From the NCBI RefSeq assembly GCF_018350175.1, contig NC_058369.1, positions 23,376,001 to 23,440,000 on the forward strand: a stretch of 64,000 nucleotides of DNA. The letters run 5' to 3'. The notes beneath the pieces were generated by a model, which searched no databases, had not been told where the DNA came from, and worked only from the letters and a program-made list of their open reading frames with translations. Source of the stretch: Felis catus (Eukaryota). Positions within the stretch are counted from its first letter, which is position 1. Every line of letters begins with the position of its first letter. The translations under genes were made by a program, and so were the position numbers. Shown in pieces: positions 62,541-64,000 of the stretch.

Positions 62541-63446
62541 AACCTCAGTGAAAGAATATTTCAGTCAAGGTTGCTTTCTACAACAGGGCTCTTGAGGATC
62601 AAGCCTGGGCCGGCCAGCTGTTCTGTAGACTTCTGACTGGCCGACCGGGCCACACTGTGACCATCTTCACTTTGTCCCCCACTGACTTTATACTGAGAAC
62701 AGACTGAATGAGCTGAACAGACTGTGCTGCTGTGGTTTGGTAGGGATTAATGACCCTGAGAAACTGACCTGACAGGTGTGAAAGGGAAGTTTCTGAATGT
62801 AAACTGCCTTCTGCCACATGCAATCATTTGTGAGTCAAAAAAAAAAAAAAAAAGAGAGAGAGAAAGAGATGGCAAATTGGCCATTTTCTGCCCCCTGTGC
62901 TCAAAGGTAATACATTTGGTGTATTTCTCAGCTGGTAGTACCTACTGAAAACAAGACAGAGCATTTAAAGGACTTGGGTAATGGTTGGTGGTCCAGTAGT
63001 GGTCCAAATCTCTTATCTTTCATAAAGATCCAATTCCAATCCACAAAGAAGCCTAACATGAAAATGCCTGCTCTGGGCTGCTGGGTTTTCTTGTTACCAA
63101 ATACCCCATGTTTGTGTTACCAAATAACCCATGAGGTCTGTCATGGCAGCAGGGTGTGCAGTAGCCAACAGCACTGATTTTATAATCAGACAGATTGCAG
63201 AACTATCACTTATGGGCTCTGTCACCTCCCTGGGCCTCAGTTTTGTCATCTGAAAAATGGGAATATGTGGTGGTAACTTTCTCCTGTGGTAGGCTATATA
63301 CTCATTTTTATTTTTCACTCCATTGATATTTACTTTGCACCTCACACACGTCATGCGCTGACTGAGAAGGCGGTACACAGTGGGCAAGCTACCTACTTAC
63401 ACCTTGTGGCTTATTAAAAATGCTATTAATTTAAAAAGTGGTGCCT

Positions 63447-63668
63447 GGGGCGCCTGGGTGGCTCAGTTGGTTAAGCATCCGACTTCAGCTCAGGTCATGA
63501 TCTCGTAGTCTGTGACTTTGAGCCCTGTGTTTGGCTCTGTGCTAACGGCTGGGAGCCTGGAGCCTGCTTCGGATTCTGTGGCTCCCTCTCTCTCTGCCCC
63601 TCCCCTGCTTGTGCTCTGTATCTCTTCATCTCTGAAAAATGAATAAAACTTAAAAAAAGTTTTTTTAA
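63447..63668 (+). mobile_element. Carnivore SINE
   Basis: Full SINE; flanks aaaagtggtgc / aaaggtggtgc. Confidence 0.95.
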
Positions 63669-63859
63669 AGGTGGTGCTAAAGGTGCCTCTGAACCAGTGA
63701 AACTCCCACATAAATCTAAAATTTCTAAGAGTGATAAGTGTTACAAAGGAGGGATACTTGTTAATATGAGAGTGGATGATAGGGAAATGTTACTCAGTAT
63801 TAAGACAAGTGGGAATTAAATATAAGATCAATTCCCAATTAGGAATCAATCCATCAAAA

Positions 63860-63985
63860 TGTTGACAGATTACACCTTTGCTGATCTGATCCTTATCCTT
63901 TGTAATGTGGCTGCAGCCCCTCCCGTCAAGCAGTGGAGTCTATTTTTCCACATCATGAATCTGGGCTGGTCTTGTGACTTAGTCT
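63860..63985 (+). mobile_element. MaLR LTR (MLT1F/G/H-like) 5' fragment
   Basis: cctttgtaatgtgg…cctcccgtcaagcagtggagtctattt…tgaatctgggctggtcttgtgactt. Confidence 0.7.
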
Positions 63986-64000
63986 GATTCTCCTTCCCAG

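Noticed and set aside
35200..64000. Neighbouring known loci (LRTM1, WNT5A, or an AmnSINE1-derived enhancer of this gene desert)
   Set aside because: No LRR or Wnt coding sequence and no AmnSINE1 core recognised in the window, so these cannot be placed here from the sequence alone.

Overview
Mammalian (felid) genomic DNA, identified by about 25 tRNA-derived carnivore SINEs of the cat SINEC_Fc type and a felid L1 3' end. The only protein-coding sequence I can support is the last three coding exons of CACNA2D3 (calcium channel auxiliary subunit alpha2delta-3) on the + strand: 32070-32182, 32402-32484 and 34722-34814, followed by a short 3'UTR and poly(A) signals. Bases 1-32069 are a large, repeat-rich intron of that gene, and the sequence after about 35150 is intergenic. 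The supplied ORF track misses all three exons, and every ORF it lists appears to be repeat-derived or chance. Most notable observations: (1) a 219-bp AT-AC minor-spliceosome intron with an overlapping in-frame GT-AG alternative; (2) a head-to-tail SINE trimer with four identical 15-bp spacers whose middle copy is a readable recombinant of the outer two; (3) a ~3.5-kb intergenic zone enriched in CpG and CACGTG, followed by a ~2-kb TpA/CpA/TpG-rich tract; (4) a ~30-nt L1 insertion with target-site duplication. I found no convincing novel protein-coding or RNA-gene system. Repeat subfamily names come from remembered consensus sequences, and repeat boundaries are approximate.
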